From the NCBI GenBank assembly GCA_028534125.1, contig CM052818.1, positions 43,526,001 through 43,590,000 of the forward strand: a stretch of 64,000 nt of DNA. The letters run 5' to 3'. Position 1 is the stretch's first letter, and each line of letters starts with the position of its first letter. This document shows, piece after piece, positions 36,969 to 50,233 of this stretch. Source of the DNA: Lama glama (Eukaryota). The notes below the pieces were generated by a model. It saw only the letters and a program-made list of their open reading frames with translations, was not told the origin of the DNA and did no database searches. A program made the position numbers and the translations under genes.

Positions 36969-39900
36969 TCATTTGACTTTTTGAGAGTATTATGTTTTAT
37001 ATACTTTCAAACGAAAAAACTTTACCTACAATCCAATTGCCTTTAAAAATTTGAATTAAAACTTGATCTGGAGTCAACTAATATTTGGAATTTGCTTTTC
37101 AAATACTTTCTGTTACAAATTACAACATATTTTATGTGTCAGTTTGAATATATCAGCCAAGTTTTATCTCAAAGATTGGCTAGCTCATTGAGGTTCTTGA
37201 GATTTAAACAATTTCTCTATTGTTTCTCAGATTATTAAAAATCATCAGGACTTCTTTAGTAAATACTAATTTTTGCCAAGGTAAGCATTATATATGCACA
37301 TATACATATATATACACTCTGTTTCACAGAATAAACTTTAAGAAATTAATAAGCCCCTTTCACATATGCTCTAAAAGAATAGTTACATTTTCCTAGATTA
37401 GGGAGCTGATATATTAGATAGGTTAGAGCCAAAATAGATCTGTCTGATCCTACCCCTCTCATGCTGCTTTACATTTTCAAACCTTAATAGAGTAGGGGTT
37501 AGCCATTATGCTTATGCGGAAATTTGCAGTGCACAAAGGAGATGAGAAACATTTATACTGAATTAGAATGATCCTCTGGACTTTTGCTTTCCAAAACCCT
37601 GCAGTGCCTTGGACACTGTCATGAAATTAGCTTCTGTCAATATACTTTTCCTTATAGCACTCAGGGTGGTAGTGGTGACGATGCTGATGGATCATTTTCC
37701 AATCATAAATCACTTAATGCTTCACAGTCTGAATAGTAAATCTATTTCATTTTATAAGGCCAACAAACAACATAATAAAATCCACATACAACACTAGAAG
37801 TAATAAACCTGAGATATGGTAAATTTACTGCAATAAGTTGTTCATAAATTTGTGTCTGTAGAATAATAAAAAGTACGAGGAGAGACAAGTGTAAGTGTAC
37901 AAAAGACACCCTTAATGGTCTTGCTGTTTCAAACTCAGTTCCTTTTGAGTATAAATGACAATAAATGACCTCCTATTTGAAAATGGGTTAGTTAACTGTC
38001 TCATTATTTACAAGTGTTCAAATTCATCCATCATTTTATATCTTACAGTGCTTTCCAATAAATCTGCTATAATGTTCTTTATTTTTCTTACCTCGGAAAA
38101 AAATAAGTCTCCTAATATAAGTAAATACCTCTTCTATTTCCTTCAGAACCTGACTTCTCACATGAACCATCTACATCGATTATCTTCATTTTCTTACCTC
38201 CCACTCACTTTTCAACCAACTGCAGTGTGATACCCATATTCACCACTATTTCCTTAACATTGCCCACAACTCATTTATTTATTTCACTTGGAAATCGTTT
38301 TGCAACACTTGAAACTCCTTTCACTTTTTACAGTCACAGTCAAATCTTGTTCACAACTCAAAGAGTTTTATATAGATCAAGAAACTTAGTTCAAGCATCA
38401 ATGTGGTCATTTATTTGATGTGTCATTTGAGGTAAACAAAATTGTATTAAGTAGCAAGGAGTTATTTGCTTAAGGGACATTTATTCTACATAATCCTGAA
38501 CAGAGACCTCATTCATTTGCTGTTCTATATTTATCTCTAATGACAGCCCTGCTGATATGAAGCTTAGACGCTTCCCTTCTTCATGTGAACAGAAATATTA
38601 GGGAGAAAAAAACACAAATCATAGACAAGTCATGATGTAAAATTGTCCCTAAAACAACAGGACAATTACAGTAAAATAAGAGTCCATATTTTATACGACA
38701 AGGCAAAGCTGTTAGAATAAATTGCATGTATAGATGAATTAGGTATCAGGGAACTCAAGTCTAGATCTGAGATGAATTCTAATAATAAATTATTATATTT
38801 CTTAAAAGTGGAATGCCTAAGGAAGCCCACTGAAATATTCCTTAAGCATGTAACATTCATGATACATAGAACCACATCTGTAATCATCCTTAAACTCCCT
38901 TCCTGAACTATGAAGTTGTAAGTTACAAAACTATAAATTACTCCAGATTCTCCCCCTTCCTAATTCTGTCTTATAATCACCAAGTTCTACTTATTCAAAT
39001 TCCTTAATATCTGTTTCACATTATTGATACATTTAAATAAATATTGCATTTTCCTTAATCATAATTTTATATATCATTACATTACATACATTATATACTT
39101 ATGTTTACATTATTATAAGCATATGCTATATCAAAAATTCTTTGTAAGTATATATTTTCACAGTTTTTTTTAGTATAAGCTACATGTATTAAAGTTTATT
39201 CCCTATTTTAATAATTAAAGACATGTCATATTTCTAATTGAAATTCCTGCTGCCCTAACATTAATATTGGATTGTTTTATTTATGGGCAAAATTAAATAG
39301 ACATTATGATTTATGATTATTGACAGAAGAAAATAATCCTATCAAGTGACTGACTTCCCCATAGTTTATTCAACTATCACTTTCTTGATAAAAATTTATA
39401 ATGTATAATTTTCTACTTTTCTTCATCTTTGTAATTCATATCATTATGGAGATCTTTGTGCATAATATTTTCCACATACTGTTTCTTTAGGTTTGACTTC
39501 CACTAGAGTAATCACTGGTTCTTTGAAATCTTTATATTATCAAATTACTGCTCAAAATTGTTATGCCAGGTAACAAGCCTACTATTGTCTCAGTTAAGAA
39601 GCAAAAAACAAAACATACCCACAATGTCACTTGTTCACTTCACCCGCTCAGCCACTTTCAGTGGCTGTCATCTGAACAGCTCAGAGAAATACATGTGTAC
39701 ATCCTCAGAGTCTTCCAAAAGACCCAAAGAATGTCTTTATATTATTTAGGTGTGAAAAAGTTTGTAAATGGTTATCCAGTAAATTAGGAAACTGTCCATA
39801 ACTTTGGGATAAACTGCAAGAGAGAATTCGGTGAGGTGTGCATTACATTGTAACTGAAGCGGTGGTATGTCTGCTATATAACTGGTGCCTATGAATAGGC

Positions 39901-40169
39901 TGAGGCCAGAGACATCTGTGCCGTTCCGCCTGCCCATAAATTCCAGTGATTCACCAGCCACTTCATAGTCCCATTCCCCTCTTGTCAGCATATTTTGAAG
40001 TAAACCTTGTATTAGTTGAATCTAACATTAGCAAGAAATCTGGCTGTGATTTACATAGCTGCTAGTTGCCAGTGTAATCACATTTGCCTCTCTGGTGTAA
40101 CATTTAAATAACTGAAACATCATTTTACTCATTTACAATGTACATTTTATGTTTAGTTCTGTATTTTTA

Positions 40170-42770
40170 TATAAACTTTTTATTGAAACATAACATAAAT
40201 GTGGAAAAGTTTACAGCCATGTCAGAACACAGAATGTTATCACAGTCCAGGACTTTCAACTCCATGATCCTTCCAAGTATTTAACAGTCACCCTGAGGAT
40301 AACCATATTTTTACCCCAAACCATAGATTAATGTTGTTTATCTTCTATATATATTATATTATTGGAATTATAAAAACACATATTACTTTGCCTCTGGCTT
40401 TTTTCAAACTCAAGTTTGAGTTTTTTTGCAAATTTATGTGCATTTTTGTACTTTGTTAATTTTCATTACAATAGAGTATGAATATACCACAGCTTGTGTG
40501 TGTCCATTCTCCCATATGCAGTGCTTCAATGATAACTGTAGAAAATGTCTTTTGGTGGAGGAATATGCACGTTTAGGTTTGGTATAAGTGTAAAACACTG
40601 AGTCATAGTGTACGAATACGTTCAGTAGATGCTCGGAATTCCAAAGTGATTTTACAAATTGAAATCCCCAAAAGTAGGTTCATTATCTTTATGATAAAAT
40701 AGAAATAATATAAAAATTTGTATATTTTCAATCATTTTTAAGCATACAATTCAGTGGCATTAGTTAAATTCACAATTTGTACAACTATTACAATCTACTT
40801 CCGAAAAGTGTCATTACAGAAACACAAACTGTGTCCATTTAGCAGTAACTCCCCATTCCTCCCTTCTGGCCTCTGATCATCTGTCCTGTATTTTCTATCT
40901 CAGTGAATTTGCTTATTGAAGATATTTCAGTTAGCAGACGTTTGGCCCTGTCCAAAACCTCCTTTAGATCTTTTGTCCACGTCGAAATGTCGTTGACACT
41001 TGTTCCTATCTGAAACCATTTAGCATTGATCAAATATACTCATGGAGGTTTTGGATAGGACCAAACATCATGTATATTCCTTTCATATTCTTTTCTGTTA
41101 TGTTTTTCCAGTTTCATTGAAGACCACTTCATCTGTTTTTCTTTTGTTGCTTATGCTTTTGGTGTTATATATAAAAAGTTCTTGCCAAATCTAAGATCAT
41201 GAAAAATTATCTGTATGATTTTTTCTAAGAGTTTTATGCCTTTAGCTCTTAAATCCAAATCTCGGATCCATTTTTAGTAATTTTTAAAATACGATTTCAC
41301 TTTATTCTTGTGCATGTGGAAATTCAGCAGTACTTTTGACTGTTTTGATTCTACAATCTCATAAACATCTGACATTTTCTGTGTTTTCATTTTAGCCATT
41401 CTTCTGGTGTATAAAGGTTTCATACTCTGCTTCTAATTTGTATTTACACATGTAACTGTATTTACTGTGAAGATCAGTACTTTTTCATTTGGATATCCTA
41501 CTTTGTAAAGTACATGTTCCAGTCTTTTTTGCATTTTTTAATTGGAGATGACCAAGAGGTGTATGTGTGTGTGAGTGTGTGTGCACATAAATAAATAAGG
41601 GGGGACGGAGAGGAGGGAGAAAGGAGGGAAATATCCTTTGTGGCTTACCTTCTCATTCTTTTTTTTTTTTTGTATTGAAAGTAGCAATTTTATTTGAGTT
41701 AAAGTTATTTTTCTTTTTTCTTTATTTTTTATGATGACTTTTTGATTGTACTGCAGTTGAAAGTACAATTTTCCCCATTAGGATTAATGATTTGTTGACC
41801 CATTTAAAACATTTTGCTAACTCAATTTATGGAGATATTCTGTTTTATCTTCTGGTAGTTTTACTTTATACATTTAGATTTGGGGATCAACTTTGATTTT
41901 TTTTTATGTGTAATATAAGATAGGAATCTATATTCGTAAAAAAAAAGTTGATATACATTTAGCCCAGCAACAATTATTTAAAAAAATACATCTTTTGCCT
42001 TCATAATCTGGTGGCTCATTTTTATGTATCAGGAGACTGCATGAATTTGAAATTTTTGCAACTCTTCTGCATATCATTGGTCTAATTGTCTATACTTTCA
42101 CAACTCTCTAAACTCTTAATTGCTAAAGCTTTATAATGAATTTTAATATAAGTTAGAGTAAGTCATCCAGATTTTTCTTCTTGAAAATAGCTTAGCTATA
42201 TAAGACCCTTTGTACTTATAATTTTATAGCATGCCATTTTCAACAAACATAACAGAACATTTTACCTGGTTTTTATTTATATCAAATTAAATCAAAATAT
42301 TTATTTGAGAAAAAGTTGTCATCTTTATAATCTCAAGTCTTATCCAAGTACAATGAATATCCGTGTGTGTGTGTGTGTAGGTATATATGTCTGTACATGC
42401 ATGTGTATATATACATATCTATCTATAATTTCTCACAATAATGCTTTGCAACCTCTAATGTCAAGATTTTAAGCGTGTTTTATTATTATTTAGTTATTTG
42501 ATATGGTTAATGTTACTATGAATTGAATCATATTGGAAGTTCATTTTCTAACTGTACATTGCTGGTACATACATGTCAAATTTATTTTTAATTGACTTGA
42601 CTTCTATACAACCAGCATGCTCAGTTCATTAATTCCTAGAGTTTGCCAGGAGATGATTTTGGATTTTCTACATGTGTAATGCGATAATCTATGAATAGTG
42701 AGAGTTTTATTTATTTCTCTTCCATTTTTTGCCCTTCTTCTTGTCCTCTATTGCACTGGCTAAATTCTTT
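40170..42770 (-). mobile_element. Old L1ME-like element (antisense) with a nested L1MB fragment at about 40675-41330
   Basis: Antisense 3' UTR and ORF2 motifs. The nested piece has tttaagcatacaattcagtggcattag...cagtaactccccattcctccc and ttttgttgcttatgcttttggtgt. Confidence 0.75.
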
Positions 42771-43454
42771 GGGTCCCCCAATCAGAAAGACTTCAGCCCA
42801 ACTCACTATGCAAGTCGCTATGGGACTCCTACTCTTTGTCTCTCCCCAGTCTTAGTGGTGGAGTAAAACTACATGGCTGCTGGTGGAGTTGGCAACTTAC
42901 CCCTTTATTGAATACATTTCCTTTGCTCTAGTCCTCTTATCTCTGTCAGTAAAGTATAGTTCAGTGGCCTGTAACTTGTACTGAGTTATCCCATCACCTT
43001 ATTTTCTTTTGGATGTATATCCACAAATGTGCCTGTTTTGGAGTATGTGAGCTTTTGAAGGGCCATGTGTGACCTGCATTATATGGACTTAAGCCTCCTG
43101 CCCCAGCCATATGTAGGGGGTAATTAAGTGCTACTTGTGATGGTGGAGCTAATTCACATTCCATTTTTACATCTTTGTTTATATCCTATCAACTTGACTA
43201 CTAGCTTTTTGTATATGTTCTCACATTCTCACTTCCTCATCCTAACATCCGGGCAACTGCAGACCTAATCAACTTCACTTCTTCAAGACCTTGCAAAACT
43301 AACCATCTTTTTCTATCTCCAATATTGTCCTCTAATTCAAAACAATGATCAACTCTATGATTTTAAATCCAATTTTCCCGATCTTCAAAAGAAACATTAT
43401 TTGCCTTTATTTTCTCTGTCACCATGGGAGTCAATTGCATTGGGAATATCAAAT

Positions 43455-44305
43455 AGCTATGGTTTTGGTTTTGGTGATTTTTTTTGTAATGTTCACTATC
43501 TGAAGTCAGGCTTGGCTTATGGCTTGCTATTATGAGCTAGATATTTGTGTCCCCTCAAAAATCTTGTGTAAAAATCTTAAACCCCAATATGATGATCGTA
43601 TTAGCAGGTGGGGCCTCTGAGATATAAATGGATCATGAGGTTGGAGCCCTCATGAAGAGAATTAGTACCTATATGAGAGAGACCCAGAGAGCTCTTTCTC
43701 TCCTCTGCCATGTGAGGGTACAATGAGGAAACCAAAACCTGGCCATGTCAGCATCCTGATCTCAGGCTTCCAGCCTCTAGCACTTTGAGAAGTAAATTTC
43801 TACTATTTACAAGACACCTACTCAATGGTATTTTATTGCAGCAGCCTGAACTGAGACACTTTCGGAATACAACATGGCAAAAAATTACTGTGTCAGTCCT
43901 TGCCTAAACTTTAAGATACATATTCTTAAAACTTCCACTTCTAAACCCTTAGAAATCCTAAATTCTCATGTCAGAATTCTAGATGAGACCACATGAAGAG
44001 AAAATATGGAGAGCCCATGTGGAAAGAGTGAGGCCTTTGAGATTACACATAGCAGAACTGAAAATCCAGACCATGCCAACCTAGCTCCCTTAGCTAACCC
44101 TCCACCACAAGAACTTTCCTTGCAAAGGCAATAGACACAGGACTAGTCAAGCTGCTGCAGATTTCTCAGCCCCACCAGTCATCGAGGTGAGACCAGATAA
44201 GTCTATTGCCCTGTGCGAAATCAAGAGAAACAATAAAGTGATGGCTATTTTAAGGTATAAAGTTTTGGGGGTAGCTTGTTATATGAAAGAAGATTAAAAA
44301 AGACA
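43455..44305 (+). mobile_element. Older MLT1 (E/F/G-like) LTR split by an MLT1A insertion
   Basis: gtcaggcttggcttatggct...gagaccacatgaagag...ggctattttaagg...agttttgggggtagcttgttat. Confidence 0.65.
43525..43858 (+). mobile_element. MLT1A (MaLR) solo LTR, nested
   Basis: tgctat...tttgtgtcccctcaaaa...ggtggggcct...ggagccctcatga...ctgccatgtgagg...ttccagcctctag...gcagcctgaactgagaca. Confidence 0.9.
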
Positions 44306-44630
44306 GAAATTACACTAGAAATTGGCTGTGGTAACAAAAACTCAAAAGATGAAGCGCCGGATTTAGTATCAAGAAGCAAGTGTGGACCTAAAGAACCTTG
44401 AAGAGACTGTTGGGAACAGCTAGAGAAAAGGGGACCCTAGTATCATGTGCTGACAGGAAGATTAGTGAAACTGCCACCTACAGTCACATGGAAGGTGGAA
44501 AGTGTACCTAATAAGCTTGTGAATCTGGCGGAGGGAACGCCCAGGGAGTGATGAAGGTACCAATTGGCTTCTTTACTTTGTCTGTACGATAAAGTGAGAA
44601 GTGAGATGAGCTAAGGGAGGAATCACTGAG
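44306..44630 (+). mobile_element. MLT1-int (MaLR internal) 5' fragment
   Basis: Directly follows the LTR: ggctgtggtaacaaaaac...gagaaaaggggaccct...cacatggaaggtggaaagtgtacctaataagcttg. Confidence 0.75.
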
Positions 44631-46704
44631 ATTTGTCTCAAGTTTGTCTCAATCCATTCTAATTTAAATGCAACATCTCATGAGTCGATGCTTCGTTTGA
44701 AGGGAATGAAAACAAGCAACGGGAAACTGTTCAGGGAGAAATCTCTGCAAAAAATTAAAGGATAGAGTTTCAGAAGTTACGCATTTATTAGCATTACTGT
44801 ATCTTAATAAGGAAAGGTACTTCGAAGTTTTTTAAGCTTTAGGAAAAAGATCCATTTTATACATATTTGGCACATTGGAAACTAGTCCAGAACAAAGGAA
44901 TTAGTTGCCCAGTGGCACACAAGCTGGTGAATGAAAAAGTTGAAAATAAAATCTAGCTCTCCTGACATCTTTCTTGCTACCCAGCATTGAAGTTTTCTTC
45001 CCTTTGCAAAGTGAGACATCTGAAGGCTTAACTGTCAAACTGAATCCAGGCTGTTTGGCAGTGTCATGGGGAGAAATAATCTAATGGGCCGAAATGAAGA
45101 GAGGAAAATAGTTTCTCAGCAAGTGGCATCACTTACTTGATATTTTTCTTTTCCTTTATTGTTATAGACATGTTAATGGCCAGTGTGAGAAGGTTCTTTT
45201 GTGAATCAGGTTCGGGCTACAGTTGTTCAAAAAAGCTCATTAACAATTTATGAAGAGCAGCAAAACTCATTTTCCCTTAATGTGAAATCACTTCAGCCTG
45301 TCACTAGAGGAAGAATTTTTGAGAAGTGAATTGACCACATACAGATCCATTCTATCGTTAACAAAAAAAGAAAAAAAAGAAAAAAAAAGTCATCTAAAGG
45401 GAAAATGTATTGCAATAATAAGGTATGTGTAACACTCAGGCAGAGTCAAACCCAGTTAATATGGTTTTCTGAATTGGGCTTCTTGTCTCATTTGCCTACT
45501 GTGGGTACCTCTCAGGTGGACTTCACAGACCTGAGTTACCTGTCTGTCAGAGAGCAGCAGTGTCTCCTTGACTTAGAATTCCATTAAAACAACAAAGGGA
45601 TTAGTTGGGAACAACCAAATCCACACTCTGGAAGAGAGATACAAGGAGTTTACCACATTCACATTCTGTGCAATGCTGAATGATTAAGTTGACTGGAGCG
45701 GGTTCTGCTCTCCATTCCTGGTGCCTCCACCTCAAGAAATAAACAAGAACTGTTACTCAGGGGGCTGATGAGATAGATCTGTGTTGGATGAGACCAGTTT
45801 TCTGTGATCTGTGTGTGGCTCCCGTAGGCTTATCTCATGCTCTCTCACTTGACAGCTGGGATATCTAGGTCTTACTTTAGAGTGTTTCAAACCCTTATCT
45901 TTCACACCAGTGCATTTGGCTGAGGTTCAGAATTCAAGTACTAAGTCTTTATGTGATATTTTCTTCATTGCAAATTTCTGACTGTCTATTCAATCCATTA
46001 ACCCCAGGAGAGGCTGTGTGGCATTATAGCTTTGTGATTACTTTGGGCATGCCATATCTGAACTTTCTCTGTCACAGTCATCATTGTTCTGACCTCTGTT
46101 TGTTAGTAAACAAGTTTGTGGATCCCCAGGGGAGAATTGTGCTGGTCAGCATAGACAGCAACTATATATATCAATTTGATCTTCATAAAGCAACAATTGT
46201 ATAACTTAATACAATGAAGATTTGCTAAAATTATTATTAATATTTTACAGAATAAAACAAAAATGCATATTTTAGAAAAAGATAACTAGAGATTTAAAAA
46301 TATATAGTGCTTGAAATGATCCATTAACTCCTTTACCCACTGAGTCAATTCCATGAAAAAACAGAGAACATCACAGTGATAACAAATATCTGTCAATAGG
46401 TTAAAATCTGCAATGCCTTTTCATCCTATAGAGTTTGATCCAAAATAGTATTGTTCAGTGTTATATTTGTGAGTGATGGGCAGACAGATTTAACATTTTT
46501 TGGTTTGTGAGTATCTTTGTTCATATCTATGAAAATTCATTTGGTTGAATATTTCTAAGTGGAAATGTATCAGGATGTTAATATCTCACAAGGCCATGGA
46601 ATTGAACACTGCCTAATGATATTTGGGTGCTAATGCCTAAGATGTTTGTTCTAATATGACCCCTGCTCTACTTTCTACATACTAGTTGAAGATGAGAAGG
46701 TACT

Positions 46705-47043
46705 TATCTTTGTCCCTTTGGGCTACTATAGCAAAACACCACAGACTGAGTAGCTTATAAATAATAGAAATTTATTTCTCACAATTGCAGAGGTTGAAAG
46801 TCTAAGATCAGGGTGCCAACATAGTCAGGTGAAGGTCTTCTTCCTGTTCCCAGACTTCTCATTGCATCCTCACATGAAGAGAGGGGTTGAGAGTTCTGGT
46901 GTCTCTTTTGTAAGAGCACTAATCTCATTCATGAAGGTGTTGCCCTTGTGACCTAATCACCTCCCAAGGGCCCAACCTACTAATACCATCACCTTTGGGG
47001 ATTAGAATTTCAAAGGGAGGACACAAATACTCAATCCATAGCA
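46705..47043 (-). mobile_element. MLT1A0 (MaLR) solo LTR
   Basis: gggctactatagcaaaacaccacagactg...atttatttctcaca...gacctaatcacctcccaagg...ccatagca. TSD gtact/gtacc. Confidence 0.93.
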
Positions 47044-48512
47044 GTACCGCACATCAGCATGGAAAACTTCAGGAGTTTGCCACCAAGAGAAAAATAATGT
47101 AAGATTAATGTCCATCAAGCGAGAATCTAGAAATTCCAAAAAGACAGTTTTTTGTCCAAAGAGAGATAAAAGATAAGAGAGATCGTTTTTTAAAAATGAT
47201 AAAGTATGCTCTGCACTTGGTTCTCTAGACTTCAATCTTAACCCACTAAACATTTTTGGAAAATAGTAAAACCATATAGAAAGAAAATTTACATAGTACT
47301 TGGTGGGTGTTTCATTTTATAAGTAAGGTTCTAGGGCCTAGACAGACAGAAACTGTTATTTGCACAGCTTTAAGTCATGTTTTTATCAACACATGAACTC
47401 ATACTGTGAACAACAGCAACAATGAAACTATATTGTGTTACAGTAAACCTATTATAATCTAGCAATTTCTACTTATTTCAATGGTGTATAGCAGTTCCTA
47501 AACCATTGCTTGATAGGTAGATCTTTAAATTAGTTGAGGTGACCATGACACTTCCATAAAGTTAATTTTTTTCCCCAAATTTGAAAAGTCAAAGCTTCCA
47601 ACATATCTGTTTTTATAACTATCTTCCCAAGAAAGGATTTTACTGGAGGAATAAGCTTTACATCAAAAGTTTTGGATACAGATATTAAGTCTCCAATCCA
47701 TTAATTAAAGGATATCTGGAAATTATCTAAATTATGAGTATCAGTTTTTTCTCAAGGGAAATAAAAGGAATTAGATGACATGGGCTTACAAAGATTGGCA
47801 GACAGTAAGTTGATAGATGTGAAGTTCTTACCTCAGTATTTGGCCTTTGGTTTTTAGAAAATGCAATATTAACATTCACCTCTTGGATATTCCTCAACCG
47901 TATCATGCTATTTTATGATTTTTATCATAATTTTTTGGATTTTTGACAAAGTTCAATTTCATATTAAAAACTATAAAACATGATAGTTTTCTTCTCTCCA
48001 AAAGAGAAAGTTTAATGGGGATTACCTACTCACTCATCTCTAACTAAAATGAAAATGACAATCTGATGAAAGAATAATTCTTCCTTTGAAAATTTGCATT
48101 TTGCTATGCAAGCATTTGTACTTGAACCATAAGTATAGGGGATAGCCAAGTTAGCTATAAATAATAAAATTTAAAGAGGGGGTTGGAGTGACAGGATTCT
48201 CATCTTTGTAGCTCATCACACTCACTGGTGATGGAGTAGAATTTCATATCCACCATTGAATTACTTTGAGTTGTATATGATATATAAACAATTTGAGGTG
48301 GCCAAATGTGTAGACTAGGGCAATCAGCAGAAATGAAAATGGAAGAGATTCTACTTCTGAATCAGGTGAAGGAAAGATTATCACATGGGACTAAGCCTAA
48401 ATGTTCACAAATCCAAATAATATTTTTGATAGCCTGGAATAACCTCTACTGAAAGATGGAAAATGCCCGAGGCAAGGATTATAAATGGCTCATTGGCATC
48501 TATGATTTTTAA

Positions 48513-48719
48513 GACCGTTGACAAACTACAGCTCATGGTCAAATGTGGTCCACAGCCTGATTTGATGGTACTGGAGCTAAGATTATTTTTTTTTTGCATG
48601 TCCAAAAGTTTGTTAAAATCTTTTAAATTAAAACACAGAAGAATATTCAGCAAAGAACATGACAGAAGTTCTAAGCCTTTATTCATGTGTCCTTACAGAA
48701 AAAGTAGTCCCTAATCCTG
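48513..48719 (+). mobile_element. MER58-like hAT-Charlie DNA transposon
   Basis: ttgacaaactacagctcatggtcaaatgtggtccacagcctg...gagctaaga...ccttacagaaaaagt...cctg. Confidence 0.7.
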
Positions 48720-48769
48720 GTTAAGAGTAAGTCACTAACCCTGATTAGAAGATTTGAGGACAAGTTCTA

Positions 48770-49050
48770 TCATTAATTTGTTCAAAGTTTTATTAATGGT
48801 ATTATCAATAACACTGCTACATATAGGGTCATAGAAGTTAATAAATGAGATCCATTTTCCCTGGGTCCTCAACATCTAATTGAGGAGAGAGACGTGAAAA
48901 AGTCAGCTGGTGTACATCTTGATACAGGCAGTGGTCAACAGAAGTACAGCGCACAATGGGAGAAGGCACTATCTAATGCAGGATGGGGTAAGGGACCAGA
49001 AGACTGGGTAAGTGAGAGTGTTCAGTAAGAAGTGATCCTTGCACGGAGTG
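48770..49050 (-). mobile_element. L2 3' relic
   Basis: cattaatttgttcaaag...aaatgagatcc...catctaattgaggagagagac...gagaaggcact. Confidence 0.5.
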
Positions 49051-49059
49051 AGTAGACTT

Positions 49060-50233
49060 TGTACCAAAACCATTTAAGTAGAGTTCTTTACAAATCAATT
49101 TTGACAATGCTGTCCAAAGGTAGAAAAATATCACATATCCGTTACATGTATCCATAGACATATATAAATATACAGATAGACCTGGAGGCCCTATAATTTT
49201 CATCCCCAGATTTTAGCCACAAATCAAGTACAATAATACAAAACTCGCCAGTTTATTATTTATGACTGAATCCAAGTCGTGTTCCTTGGCAGAGGCGAAA
49301 AGTTAAGATTGCTTGCTCAGATGGCTGAACCTTTCTACTAATATTTGTGAAGACTTTTAAGGTTTGTGTTCGCACTTAACGAGTAATCTTAGGAGGCTGT
49401 GGACCAGACTTTGGGCAAGGGATCTTCTGTAGCCGTCAGCATATGAAAAAGCCTCTTTTCTCCTTCTTTTCTTCTCAGTTTCAGGTCGTCATGAGCCGTG
49501 TGTTAGTTCTCTCCTGGGGTATTTACATTTCAAAAACATAGGATTTATATTTTCAAGAGACAGAGAAAGAAAGCAAGTTTTCCCCTAGGAGTTGTGAGAT
49601 ATACTTCTCTTTTATCAGATTTCTAGGGTAGTTATTATTTAAAATTTTCCTTTATATTAGGGATTGGATGGCATGGGACACTTTGTCCATTTCACTGTCA
49701 ATCACAACATTATCTCCTTCTCTCTAATCACTTTCCCAGTGATTCCACCTCTCAGTGTCCCAGTCAGGCTTAGTCACAAGCACTCAGACCTTAATTTGGG
49801 GTGGCTTGTGTCCTCCTAGCTTTGCAAAACAAAACAGCTTACCAAGGTCACCAGCTTTTTATCCTGCTCTCTCACCTTGTCAGCTAGTCAAAGCTAGTAG
49901 AGCAGTGGATGCCTCTAACCTCTGCTTCCTTCCACTTTCTAACTTGAGCTTAAACTTCTAGTTGGGCACCAGGGGCCACAGAATTCCCCACAGCAGAGGC
50001 CAGCCCTCTGTAGCAGCCATTCATTTCCATTCTTCCCCACGGTGCACTATGTGTGTTTCCTCAAACAAGTGTGTTAACACAGCCAGCATTTTTGGGGTGT
50101 CCCCAGACTCACATGGCAGTCCACATATAAGCCACCCCTCCCCTCAGAGAGGTTGATGACCAACCAGGGATTTCTGCTGCAGATGCCTCCTTCTCACAGC
50201 CCATTTCTTCGGACTCCTGGCTGACTCACCGGT
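49060..50233 (-). mobile_element. ERV1-type internal (leader and AT-rich) region, truncated
   Basis: Abuts the LTR at 50234 through a PBS. The sequence resembles MER4/MER34-group internal regions. No intact ORF. Confidence 0.65.
50214..50231 (-). other. Retroviral primer-binding site, tRNA-Arg(ACG)
   Basis: The plus strand ctcctggctgactcaccg matches the tRNA-Arg(ACG) 3' end CTCCTGGCTGGCTCGCCA at 15/18, 2 nt from the LTR end. Confidence 0.8.

Noticed and set aside
44632..44652. Tandem 10-bp duplication tttgtctcaa at the end of MLT1-int
   Set aside because: An ordinary slippage-scale duplication.
45120..45230. Strong polypyrimidine tract plus AG acceptor at about 45167, and a minus-strand GTAAGT donor at about 45136
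   Set aside because: No convincing partner splice site or reading frame; such motifs are common by chance.
50211..50231. tRNA-Arg-like sequence
   Set aside because: Only the 3' 18-20 nt match and it abuts an LTR, so it is a PBS and not a tRNA gene.
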